From an uncultured Gemmatimonadales bacterium (GTDB taxonomy: Bacteria; Gemmatimonadota; Gemmatimonadetes; Longimicrobiales; Gaopeijiaceae), in NCBI GenBank assembly GCA_963823035.1, contig CAWGKG010000004.1, positions 32,001 through 96,000 of the forward strand: a stretch of DNA of 64,000 nucleotides. The letters run 5' to 3'. Positions 28,581-39,505 of this stretch are shown here, one piece after another. The position numbers and the translations under genes are program-made. Positions within the stretch are counted from its first letter, which is position 1. Each line of letters begins with the position of its first letter. Under the pieces are notes generated by a model. The model saw nothing but the letters and a program-made list of their open reading frames with translations, did no database searches and was not told the origin of the DNA.

Positions 28581-29701
28581 ATGCGCATCAACACGAACGT
28601 CTCCGCGCTGAACACCCAGCGGGTCCTGGGCAAGACCAACGCCGCGGTCGCCAAGCAGATCGGCCGTCTGTCTTCGGGCTTCCGGATCAACAGCGCGTCG
28701 GACGACGCCGCCGGCCTCGGCATCGCGAACAAGCTGCGCACCGACGTCCGTTCGCTTCAGCAGGCTCGCGCAACGCCGAGCAGGCGACGGCGATGCTGCA
28801 GGTCGCGGAGGGCGCCACGTCCACGATCGGCAACATCCTGGACCGGATGAAGGAGCTGGCGGCGCAGGCTGCTTCGTCGAACTCCGGCGACCGCACCGGT
28901 CTGCAGAACGAGTTCTCGACGCTCCGCGACGAGATCACGCGCATCGTCGACACCACGAAGTACCAGGGCACCGCGCTGGTCGACGGCACGATGGGCAACG
29001 CGTTCGACGCCGGCGCCAGCGAGCTCGACGCCAACGCCGCCGTGCAGGTCAGCACGATCAAGGGTCCGGCGCGGCCGACACGTACACGCTCGCCACGGTC
29101 GACGCGACGCACTCAGCGCCACGGACGGTCCGGCAACGTGCAGGTCCTGACCGTCGCCTCGACGGGCGCGCAGTCGGTGTCTTTCGACCGCTTCGGGATC
29201 TCCTTCTCGACCGCGACGGGCTTCGACATCTCCGGCGCCAACGACGCCTCAGCGCGAACAACGATGTGGTGGTCGCCGCGGGTACCGACGCCGCCTAGTT
29301 CATGGTGAGCTCGAGCGGCTCCTACGCCAGCGACGACCTCGTGTCGCTGAGCACCGCGATCGACCTGTCGACGGGTGCGTCGGGCCTGAACATCGCGACC
29401 GACGACCTGAGCACGCAGAGCGGCGCGCAGACCGCCCTCGCGTCCATCGACGCCGCCGTGGCCACGGTCAACACCGCGCTGTCCACGATCGGTGCCACGC
29501 AGAACCGGATCGACTTCGCGTTCAGCAGCGTGAAGACCACGACCCAGAACTTCTCGGCCGCCGAGTCCACGATCCGTGACGCCGACATGGCATGCCGAGA
29601 TGACGGAGCTCAGCCGGGTGCAGATCCTGCAGCAGGCCGGCACGGCGATGCTCGCGCAGGCCAACCAGGCCCCGCAGGGCGTGCTGCAGCTCCTGCGGTA
29701 A
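28581..29701 (+). CDS. fliC: Flagellin (several apparent frameshifts)
   Basis: MRINTNVSALN..RLSSGFRINSASDDAAGLGI; IGATQNR..AAESTIRDAD..QILQQAGTAMLAQANQAPQGVLQLLR*. Confidence 0.95.
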
Positions 29702-29734
29702 CGACCCGGCCGGGGAGGCTCATCCTCCACGCTC

Positions 29735-29779
29735 AAACGAGGCCGGCGTCGGGCTCGAGCCCGGCGCCGGGCTTCGTTT
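29735..29779 (+). terminator. Hairpin / probable terminator after flagellin
   Basis: AAACGAGGCCGGCGTCGGGC-TCGA-GCCCGGCGCCGGGCTTCGTTT inverted repeat. Confidence 0.7.
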
Positions 29780-29788
29780 CGCCGCGCC

Positions 29789-29818
29789 CGCTAAAGTCCG
29801 GGGCGATCCCGCCGATCC
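29789..29818 (+). promoter_or_regulatory. sigma28 promoter of fliD
   Basis: CGCTAAAGTCCG; TAAA-N15-GCCGATCC. Confidence 0.8.
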
Positions 29819-29864
29819 TCGATGACAGGAGCGTCCAACCCAGCAGCCGCGCGTCGCCGAAGCG

Positions 29865-32800
29865 ACGACTGACATCGACCCCATCGCGACCTTCAGCGGC
29901 CTGGCCAGCGGCGTCCAGTGGCGGGACATGGTCGACCAGATCATGCAGGTCGAGCGGCGACCGGCGGCCCTGCTGGAGCAGCAGATCGCCAGCATCCAGA
30001 CGCGCTCGGCGGCGTGGCTCAGCTTCCAGAACAAGCTCGGACATTCCAGGATGCGGTGAAGGGGCTGGCCGACGGGTCCGCGTTCGAGAAGTTCTCGACG
30101 TCGTCTCCGGGAGCGGCTTCAAGGCCTCCACCGTCGCGACGCCTCGCCGGGCTCGTACTCGGTAGAGGTGCTCCGGCTCGCCGCGGCCGAGAAGCTGGGC
30201 GGCGACATCCTCGCTTCGAGCTCCACGGCGCTGGGTCACTCCGGCGAGTTCTGGATCAACGGGGCCGCATCGGTTCGGTGCCGCGGACACCCTGACCGAC
30301 ATGGCGTACACCATCAACGCGGCGAATACGGGCACGAACGCGACAGGCGTCTCCGCGTCCGTGGTCACCGCGGGCGGCGGATACCAGCTCGTCCTCACGA
30401 GCCAGAACACCGGCGCCGCGGGCATCGACCTCGTGGACGGGGCGGACGGCGTCGCGAGCGGCCTCGGCTTCACGGACGGCCTGCTCACCCTCAAGCACGT
30501 GACCTCCGACGGCGCGAGAGCGACGCGTTCACGAGCAAGTCGACGGCGGTCTCGACCCTGCGGGGGATGACCGGTACGTCCACCGGGAACGTCACGATCG
30601 GATCGGGAACGGGAGTCTTCAGGTCAATGTGGACCTGACGCAGGGCCTCGAGCAGATCGCCGCCGCCATCCAGTCGGCCGCGACGACCGCCGGAAGCGGC
30701 GTGACGGCGTCGGTCGTCTCGGAAACCGTGGACGGAGCCACCGTCTACCGCCTGGATATCAGCGGCACGACGACGTTCTCCGACGACGGCGGCGTGCTCC
30801 AGGGGCTCGGGGTGTTGGAGGGGGGACGGGGCACGGTGGCGCAGACGCTCACGTCCGGCACGGCGCTCCTGTCGGGTGGCTCACCGGCCGCCGGCACCAC
30901 GGATCTCACCGCGCTGGACGGGGGCCCGCAGCTCGGCGACACCTTCACGGTCAACGGCACGAAGTCGGACGGCACCACTTTCTCCCTGACGCTGACCGTA
31001 GCGGACCCGGCGGTTCCTGCCAGCGGCACGGTGAAGACGCTGGACGACGTCCTCGCGGCCCTGAACGGCGCGGGAGGGTTCGACGGCACGGCCACCGCCT
31101 CGCTGGTCGACGGGCAGCTCGTCCTGACCGACGCGACGGGCGGCGCCAGCCAGCTCGGCCTCTCCATCGTCGCGCACAACGAGGCCGGCGGCACGCTGGA
31201 CTTCGGCGACTTCGAGGTGACCACGGTCGGCCGGCGACGCGAGATCGTTGCGGGTGCCGACGCGGCCGTGCGCATCGACGGCGTGTACTCGACGCACGCC
31301 ACGAACAGCGTATCCGGTGCGATTCCGGGCCTGAGCCTGTCCCTCACCGCGGTAACGACGGAGCCCGGGGTCCTGACGGTCTCGCGCAACATCGACGCCG
31401 TGGTCTCCTCGGTGAAGGCGCTCGTGTCCACGTACAACGACATCTCCGCGTTCGTGACCGACCAGTCCACGGGTGGGGAAGGCTCCACCAAGCCACTGGC
31501 GGGAGACAGCACGCTCCGCTCCATGATGTCGCAGGTACGGACGACGATGCAGGCTTCGCTGACCACCGGCGTCGGGGGTGCGTGGTCCCGCCTCGGAGAG
31601 CTGGGCATCCAGATCCAGAAGGACGGAACGTTCGAGCTCACCGAGTCCACGCTTCGATCCGCCCTCGCGAGCGACCCGACCGCCGTCGAGCGGCTCTTCG
31701 GCGTCTACGGGACCACGGCCGGCTCCGGGCTGAGCTACCTCTCCGGCTCCGACGCGACGGCCACGGGCACGTACACGGTGGCGGTCACCACCCCGGCGAG
31801 CGTCGCTTCGGTGCTCGGGAGCACGAACCTCGCGGACGGGTTCGACGCCGTGGACGACACGCTGACCATCACGGACCTGGGCTCGGGGAAGAGCTACGAG
31901 ATCGCGCTCGTCAACGGGGAGTCGGCGGCGACGGTGCTCGCCAACGTCCAGGCCGAGCTGGCCAGCGACAAGGTCCACGAGATCGGCTCCTCTGCAGCGC
32001 TGGGGACCGACGCCCTGGGAACACCCGCCACCGAGGACACGACCTGGAGTGAGGTCTTCCAGGGTGGCGCGACGGCGAGCGTGCAGGACGGTGACACGAT
32101 CACGCTCAGCGGCCGCCGCGCGGATGGGTCTCCTTCTACAAGACGCTCTCCGTCTCGGATGCGTCCACGCAGACCGTGGGCGAGCTGAAGGACCTCGTGC
32201 GCAACGCGGTGGGAAGCGGCGCCAGCGTGGAGCTCCGATCCGACGGCAAGGTCGTGGTCACCGCGGACGAATCGGGTGCGAGCCTCCTCGAGCTCACGAT
32301 CAGCTCCGACAACGCGGGCGGAGGATCGCTGCAGCTCGCCACGGAGGTTGTGCAGGAGGGACGGGCCGCCGCGTCGATCGACGCCACCCTGGACGGCGGC
32401 GCCCTGAGGCTCACGCATCAGGAATACGGGTCCGCGATGGGCTTCCGCGTCGAGTTCGCCAACGCGGGGACCGCGACGGAGCTGGGCCTCGGCGCCAGCG
32501 GCACCGAGTATGCGGGGACCGACGTGGAAGGAACCGTCGGCGGCTTGGCGGCCACCGGCGTCGGCCGCGTCCTGACAGGTGCGTCCGACACCGACGTCGC
32601 CGGGCTGGCGATCCAGGTGACGGACGCCTTCACCGGCGGCTCGGTCACGTTCAGCCGCGGCGTCGCCGCGCAGCTCGGCCTTCTCCTCGACGTCTATCTG
32701 GGTACGGATCAGGGCTCGATCCAATCCCTTCTCGACAGCCTGGACGGACGGGTCACGACGCTGGGCGACCGCGTCGACGACCTGGACGCGCGTCTGGCGC

Positions 32801-32928
32801 GCCGGCAGGAAGACCTCATCCGCCGCTTCACCGCCATGGAGCAGGCGATGGCGGTCGCGCAGAACCAGTCGGCGTGGATCGCGTCGCAGATCGGGTCGCT
32901 GCCCACGTACTCAAGTAGCAGCTCCTGA
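29865..32928 (+). CDS. fliD: Filament cap FliD, unusually long (~1000 aa); start approximate; several apparent frameshifts
   Basis: FSGLASGVQWRDMVDQIMQVERRP N-terminus; LAGDSTLRS..LGELGIQIQKDG; LIRRFTAMEQAMAVAQNQSAWI C-terminus. Confidence 0.9.
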
Positions 32929-32938
32929 GTGCCGATAC
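32911..32938 (+). promoter_or_regulatory. Possible internal sigma28 promoter for fliS
   Basis: TCAAG-N15-GCCGATAC overlapping the fliD 3' end. Confidence 0.5.
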
Positions 32939-32971
32939 CTCAGTCATCGGGAATCCCTTCGGAGAGGTGTG

Positions 32972-33379
32972 ATGTACACGCAGCAGCGGCCAACGGCTTA
33001 CCAGGACAACGAGGTGCTGAGCGCTCCGAAGGAGCGGCTCATCCCCATGCTGTACCAGGGTCTGCTGAAGAACCTCCGCCGGGCCGGCATGCAGATCGGC
33101 GCCGGCGACCTCGAAGGGAAGAGCGAGAGCCTGCAGAAGGCGTCCGCGATCGTGTACGAGTTGCTCGGCTCCCTCGACTTCGAGGCGGGCGGCGAGATCG
33201 CGTCGCGGCTGGCCGGACTCTACGCCTACTTCCTCCGCGAGATCCTGGCGTCCGGGCGCGCGCTGGATCGGCAGCGCCTCGACACGCTCTCCGAGATGAT
33301 CGCTACGCTCCACGACGCGTGGGACCAGGCCGCACAGCAGGTGGCCGGGAAGCGCTCCCACGGGGAGATCGGGGCGTGA
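32972..33379 (+). CDS. fliS: Flagellin chaperone FliS
   Basis: YQDNEVLSAPKERLIPMLYQG..LDFEAGGEIASRLAGLYAY..LHDAW. Confidence 0.94.
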   Translation: MYTQQRPTAYQDNEVLSAPKERLIPMLYQGLLKNLRRAGMQIGAGDLEGKSESLQKASAIVYELLGSLDFEAGGEIASRLAGLYAYFLREILASGRALDRQRLDTLSEMIATLHDAWDQAAQQVAGKRSHGEIGA

Positions 33380-33822
33380 GACGCCCCCCGGGCCAGGGAC
33401 GTCCCCCGCCCGCGGGCGTTCCCGACGGCCGCGCGCGCCGTCATTTCCATCTCGAGGCGTGGGATCGGTACTGCCGCATCCTGGAAGACCAGCTCGCGTG
33501 CCTGGAGTCGCCCGAGCCCGACCTGGAGCGCTTCCAGACCCTCGCACGTCAGCGGGAGCGCCTCGCCGAGATGATCGACACGATGCGACTCCCTCCTCCC
33601 GACTCGCCGGAGGCCGCGGACCATCTCGCCCGTATCGGCCGTCGGGTCGCCGAGTGCCAGGCGCGGGACCGGGAGGTCCTCGATCGTCTGGGTGGCCTGC
33701 GCAGGGAGACGGAGCAGGTCATCCGCGGCTTCGAAGACCGCCGCCCGGGACGGGAAGGGTATCGGGCCGGCGCCAAGCTCGGCCGGACGCCCGAGGCCAC
33801 CCGGATCGACGTGAAGTCATGA
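33376..33822 (+). CDS. FliT/FlgN-like helical chaperone candidate
   Basis: Coupled to fliS by GTGA overlap; helical; ends RIDVKS. Confidence 0.55.
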   Translation: MRRPPGQGRPPPAGVPDGRARRHFHLEAWDRYCRILEDQLACLESPEPDLERFQTLARQRERLAEMIDTMRLPPPDSPEAADHLARIGRRVAECQARDREVLDRLGGLRRETEQVIRGFEDRRPGREGYRAGAKLGRTPEATRIDVKS

Positions 33823-34236
33823 GCACGCCACCTCCTCCTCGACGCACCATCCCGCGGGCCGTCAGGCCCGCGCACGCCTGGCGACGTATCGCCGCTACGC
33901 GGAGATCGTGACCGAGCAGGAGAGGGCGCTCGTCGCCGGGGACCTGGACACGTACGAAGCCCTCGCCGAGGCCACGCACGAGCTCCAGGACCGCATCGGG
34001 CTCGCCCCGACTCCGGACCTCGTCGAGGACCCCGAGGCCGGGCACCCCGCTTTCGTGGACGAGGTGGCCGGCATCCTCAAGGCGACGCTGGCCGCGAACG
34101 AGCGGATCCAGTCGCGTCTTCAGGGCATGCGCGATCCGGGAACGGCGCGGCCACGGGGGCGTCGAGGCACCACGTGCTCGGCTACGACGCCAGCGAGGCC
34201 CTCGGTGCGGGCTCGAACTTCGACCTTCGATTCTGA
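33819..34236 (+). CDS. Second FliT/FlgN-like helical protein (apparent frameshifts)
   Basis: ATGA overlap; YAEIVTEQERALVAGDLDTYEAL..; probable end NFDLRF*. Confidence 0.5.
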
Positions 34237-34254
34237 CCGTCCGGAATCCCCCAA

Positions 34255-34285
34255 CGCTAAAGTCCGGCGGCCTTGGTGCCGACGC
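34255..34285 (+). promoter_or_regulatory. sigma28 promoter of the flgM-cheY operon
   Basis: CGCTAAAGTCCG; TAAA-N16-GCCGACGC. Confidence 0.75.
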
Positions 34286-34309
34286 TGCGGGGTGAAGGAG
34301 GAATAGACC

Positions 34310-34615
34310 ATGACGATTCAGAAAGTCGGTTCCGACATGATCCGCCCCACCACCGTGCGCGACGCGTTGACTCGCGAGCGCAAGGCGGAGGAGGGATCCA
34401 CCGAGCGCACTTCGCGACGTGGGGACAGCGTGGGCATCTCGGAAGAGGGCCTCGCGCTGGCCGAGCGGGCGCGCAGCATCGAGCAGAGCCTCTCGCCCGA
34501 GCGGCTCGAGCAGATCGAGTCGCGGATCGCGAGCGGCTACTACGACGACCCCTCGGTGGCGCACGAGACGGCTCGCCGGCTGCTCGCTTCCGGAGATCTC
34601 GAAGGCCTCAACTGA
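34310..34615 (+). CDS. flgM: Anti-sigma28 factor FlgM
   Basis: DSVGISEEG..ERLEQIESRIASGYY; AGGAGG RBS. Confidence 0.85.
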   Translation: MTIQKVGSDMIRPTTVRDALTRERKAEEGSTERTSRRGDSVGISEEGLALAERARSIEQSLSPERLEQIESRIASGYYDDPSVAHETARRLLASGDLEGLN

Positions 34616-34634
34616 TTCCTTCGGAGACCACCCC

Positions 34635-35004
34635 ATGAAGTTCCTGGTCGTGGACGACTCGGCCACCATGCGTCGCATCGTGGTCAACTCCCTGAGCCGG
34701 ATCGGCTTCGGCGAGTGCGTCGAGGCCGGTGACGGGGTCGAAGCGCTGGACTCGTTCGATCCGTCGGTGGACTTCGTCATCACCGACTGGAACATGCCCA
34801 ACATGAGCGGCCTGGACTTCGTGAAGGCCCTGCGGGGACGGGACGAAGGCAAGGCGGTCCCGATCCTCATGGTCACGACGCGCAGCGTGCGCGAGGACAT
34901 CGTTCAGGCCGCCCAGGCCGGCGTGAACAACTACATCGTGAAGCCGTTCACGCCCCAGGTCCTGAAAGAGAAGATCGACCACGTGCTCGGAGCGGGGGGG
35001 CTGA
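34635..35004 (+). CDS. cheY: Chemotaxis response regulator CheY (stop shifted out of frame by a G7 homopolymer indel)
   Basis: MKFLVVDDSATMRRIV..TDWNMPNMSG..GVNNYIVKPFTPQVLKEKI. Confidence 0.92.
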
Positions 35005-35713
35005 TGTCCGCCGACGCCACCGCCCGCCGCGAGGAGCTCCTGAGCGACTCCGAGGCCACGCTTCGCCAGGTGCAGGGCGTCCTGTCGGACTTCGCGCCGC
35101 GTGTCGACTCGGACGACGCGGGCGGGTAGACCGCGTCCAGGACCTGCGCGGTGCCGGGCTGACCGACCTGGTCGAGATCCTCATGACCACGTACGGGGAG
35201 ATCATGAGCGTCATCGACTCCCTGCGTAAGAGCCGGGGGATGCTGGAGCAGGCCGCCATGGAGCGGCTGAAGAGCACGCACCAGAAGCTCGCCGAGGTGT
35301 CGTCGGCCACGGAGATGGCGGCCACGGGGATGCTGGACGGGCTGGACCGCGCGCTCGTCCTGGTGGATCACCTCGAGGCAGCCGACGAGTCGGCCGAGCC
35401 CGGCGACGGCGCCCTCCTGCGCGGGGACCTGCGCGAGGAGCTGCACTCGCTCATCAACCTCCTGCAGTTCCAGGACATCACGGCCCAACAGCTCGGCTAC
35501 GCGGGCGCGGTGCTCCTCGACATCGAGGACCGCCTGGTGGAGCTCGCGAGGATCTTCGACCTGAAGGGCGTCGGGCACCAGGAGGTGTCGAGCGACGAGG
35601 CGGCTTCCGAGCGGGACGCCCGCCTCAAGGACAGACACACCGCGTGTGACCCGGAGGCCTCCCACTTCGACGCGCAGAGCCGCCAGGCTCTCGCGGACAA
35701 CATCTTCCGCTAG
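35004..35713 (+). CDS. cheZ: CheZ-like CheY-P phosphatase (apparent frameshift near 35125)
   Basis: KLAEVSSATEMAATGMLD; LQFQDITAQQL catalytic D-x3-Q motif; terminal QALADNIF helix. Confidence 0.75.
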
Positions 35714-35743
35714 CCTGTCCGGAATCCGGGAAGGAGCCACAAC

Positions 35744-36092
35744 ATGGCCGTCGTCAACCTCGAGCAGGCGCACGCCGGCATGGTGCTGGCCAACGACGTC
35801 AAGGACCGACGGGGCAGGCTCCTCATGCCGGCCGGCCGCGAGCTGACGGAGAAGCACATGGAGGCCTTCCGGATGTGGGGCGTGACCTCGGTCGAGATCG
35901 AGGGCGGTCCCCGCCGAGGAAGCCGCCCCTCCCTGCGTGTTCGACGATGCGCTGCTCGAGCGCGCCGACTGGGAAGCCGGCCTCCTCTTCGCGAACGCGT
36001 CCGAAGCGCACCCATTTCTCACGGCGCTGCGTGCCGTCGCCCGCCTTCGCATCGCCCAGGCCATCTCCCGGGAAGAGTGGAGCCTCCCATGA
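35744..36092 (+). CDS. Small hypothetical protein (GMVLANDV..GRLLMPAG..LT family); apparent frameshifts
   Basis: AAGGAG RBS; motif typical of small partners or N-termini of HD/HDOD proteins; TGA overlaps the HDOD ATG. Confidence 0.6.
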
Positions 36093-36941
36093 GCAGCCGC
36101 GCGGATCGTCTCGTGGACGGCCTGGTCACCGTCGCATCGCCCCCCCTGGTGTACGCGCGCCTCATGGAGGTGATCAACCACCCGCGGTCGGGCTCGGCGG
36201 ACATCGCCCGCGTGATCGGGGAGGACCAGGGCCTCACGGGTCGCCTGCTGAAGATCGTGAACTCCGCCTTCTTCGCCTTCCCGCGACCGGTCGAGAACGT
36301 CACGCAGGCGGTGACGGTGGTGGGGACGAGCCAGATCCGTGACCTCGCCCTGGCGACGTCTGTCATGACGATGTTCGACGGTGTGCCGCGGGACCTGGTG
36401 GACGTGGACTCGTTCTGGTACCACAGCCTGTCGTGCGGCATCACCGCCCGCGCCATCGCGGCGCAACGCCGTGAGGACAACGTCGAGCGGTTCTTCGTCG
36501 GGGGCCTGCTGCACGACATCGGCCACCTGATCATCTACATGCGCGCCGCCGAGGAGGCTCACCAGGCGCTCCGGATGTCGGAGACGACCGGGCGGCCGCT
36601 CCTGGAGTGCGAGCGGGACGTGCTGGGCTGCGATCACGCCCAGGTCGGGCGGACGCTGCTGGACCGGTGGAACTTCCCCGGCGCGTTCCGCGAGGCGGTG
36701 GCCTACCACCACCTGCCCCGGTTGGCCTCGCGCTACCCGGTGGAGGCAGCGGCCGTGCACGTCGCGGAGGTCATGGCCCACGCCATCGGGTGGGGACGGA
36801 GCGGCGAGCGCAGGGTGCCGCCCTTCGACCCGACCTGCGTGGGACACGCTCGGCTTCGAGCCCTCGGTGGTCGGGCTGCTGGTGGAAGAGGTCGAACGGC
36901 AGATGGAAGCGGCCGTGCACTTCATGGGCATCGCCGCGTGA
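36089..36941 (+). CDS. HDOD domain protein (apparent frameshift near 36840)
   Basis: DQGLTGRLLKIVNSAFF, FWYHS, GLLHDIG, DHAQVG..WNFP..YHH. Confidence 0.9.
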
Positions 36942-39505
36942 GCCACGGCGACCGAGCCGCGCGGGAGCGACGCCCGGGAAGCCGGCGGAGAGATCCTCGG
37001 CTGGGTGTCCCAGGCGCTGGAGTCGGTTGCGGCGCTCGGCCTGTCGGTCCAGGGCGGGGCGGAGCGGGCCACCGACGTGGGGGAGCTGTTCCCGTCCGCG
37101 GCGCCGCTCATCCGGCGCCTGGGTGACTTCCCGTGATCGCGTTCCTGGGCGTGGACGACGACGCGCTCGACTTCCGCCTGGTCGGGGCCGATCCGCCCGA
37201 GCTCGCCGAGCAGATCGAGGCCGAGGTCGTCCACCAGGTGGCCGAAGGGACGTTCGCCTGGTCGCTCTATCAGCACCGACCGGTGGTCGTGCCCGGCGTG
37301 TGCGCTCGGCTCGATGGTCGTCCTGCACGTGCTGGCGACCCCGTCCAGGGTCATGGGGATGTTCATGGCCGCGCTTCCGGAGGGCTCGTCCTTCCTTCCC
37401 GACGTGGTGCAGAAGGTCCTGTCCATCCTCCTGGGCCATTGCGCCTCCGTGCTCGAGACCGGCACGCTCTATCGCGACCTGGCGGACCACAACCGAAAGC
37501 TCGAGGAGACCGTCGAGGAGCGAACGCGGGAGCTGCGCCACTCGGAAGAGGCGGCACGCTCCGCCAACCGCGCCAAGAGCGAGTTCCTGGCGAACATGAG
37601 CCACGAGATCCGGACGCCGATCAACGGCATCATGGGCATGGCCAGCCTCCTGCTCGAGACCGAGCTCGACGCGGAGCAGCGCGAGCAGGCGGAGACGATC
37701 GGGCGGTCGGCGGATTCGCTGCTCACGATCATCAACGACATCCTGGACTTCTCCAAGATCGAGGCCGGCAAGCTCACGCTCGAGCGGATGCCGTTCGATC
37801 TCCGCACCGCGATCGAGGACGTCCTGGAGCTGGTCGCGCCGCGCGTCGCCGACAAGGACGTGGAGCTGGTCCTCCGCTACGCGGACGGCGTGCCCCGCTA
37901 CGTGGTCGGGGACCCCGGGACGCGTCCGCCAGATCCTCACCAACCTCGTGGGCAACGCGGTGCGCTTCACCGAACGGGGCCACGTCCTCGTCGACGTCGC
38001 CCCGGCGGAGAAGGACCGGGTGGCCGTCTCGGTCGTCGACACCGGCATCGGCATCGACCCGGACCGGGTCGACACGATGTTCCAGAAGTTCACGCAGGCG
38101 GACACCAGCACCACGCGCCGCTACGGCGGCACGGGGCTGGGCCTGCCGATCTCCCGCAGCCTGGCTCGGATGATGGGCGGCGACGTCTCCGCGACCAGCG
38201 CGCCGGGAGCGGGGTCCACCTTCACGTTCACGGCGCCGCTGCAGGCCGCCGAGACGCCGGGGGCGAACGCGGAGGCGACGTTCGACCTCTCCGGAAGGCG
38301 GTTCGTCGTGGTCGTGCGGGACGATCGTCTGCGTGACGCGCTGACCGCGACCCTGCGCGGCGCGTCCGCCGAGGTACGGCCCGCCTCGCGTCCCGAGGAG
38401 ATCCTGGGGATGTGGTGCGGCCCAGCCCCGGACGCCGATCGGCCCGAGCGCACGAGGCGCCCGCGACGGACCTGCTGCTGGACGTGGCGTTCGGCATCGA
38501 ACGCCTGGCGATTCTGGGCGGCGGCGCTTCCGCCCTGCCGGAGGAGCGGCGCCCGCGCCTGTGGGGGCTTCTGCGCCAGGGGCGGCAAGTCGACGCGGAG
38601 GCGCTGCGGCGGGCGGGCTTCGCCGGGTGGCTCACCAAGCCCCTCCGTGAGAGCCGACTGCTTCGCGCGCTGGCGGGCGAGAAGCCGCCCGCGCCTCGGT
38701 GCAGCGAGACGAAGGGCGCATCTCCGGACGCGTCCTCCTCGTCGAGGACGACCCGGTGAACGCGCGCGTCGCCACCTCGATGCTGCTGCGCGTCGGGTGC
38801 ACGGTCACGGCCGTCCCCAACGGGGCGGAGGCGGTCGAGGTCGCGCTGCGTGAAGACTTCGACCTCGTCCTCATGGACTGCCACATGCCGGTGATGGACG
38901 GTTACGAGGCCACCCGCCGGCTGCGTGCCGATCCGAGGACCGCGGGGCTGCGCATCATCGCCCTCACCGCCAGCGCCCTGGAAGAGGACAAGGGACTGGC
39001 GATGGAGGCTGGGATGGACGGCCACCTCGCCAAGCCGCTCGACCTCAACGGCCTGAGCGCGGCGCTCCGGGAGCTTCTGGCCACCGCCGAGGACGAAGTG
39101 GACGGGGGCGGGGACGGCGACAATGCCGAGGCGGAGGAATCCGAGGACGTCGGTCCCTCCGAGTTCGATCTCCGCACGGCGCTTTCCAGGGTGGGTGGAG
39201 ACCCGGCGATCCTTGCGGAGATCACCGCGACGTTCATCGACCAGTGGCCGGAGCTGCGCGAGCGGATCGTCGTCGCCCGACGTGAGGACGACGGTGGGGC
39301 GATGAGCCTGCTCGCCCACAGGATCAAGGGTGGTGCCGGCGCGGTCGCGGCCGCCCGCATGCAAGCGCTTGCGGCGCGCTGCGAACGGCGTTGGGAAGCA
39401 GGCGACCTCGCGGCGGCGAGCGATGAGCTGGTCGCGCTGGATCGGGGCTTCGAGGCCTTTGCGGACGCCGTGGCGCGTGCCATGGCGGGGGAGGCAGCCG
39501 CATGA
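36938..39505 (+). CDS. Hybrid histidine kinase (GAF-like, HisKA, HATPase, REC, Hpt); several apparent frameshifts
   Basis: [43 protein letters not shown] Hpt motif. Confidence 0.88.

Noticed and set aside
34419..35129. CheY with a C-terminal extension
   Set aside because: A G7 run directly precedes a TGATG overlap; a homopolymer indel explains the read-through.
35744..37126. Single 460-aa HDOD protein with long extensions
   Set aside because: Junk linker, an ATGA overlap at 36089 and a better C-terminus in another frame indicate two genes plus indels.
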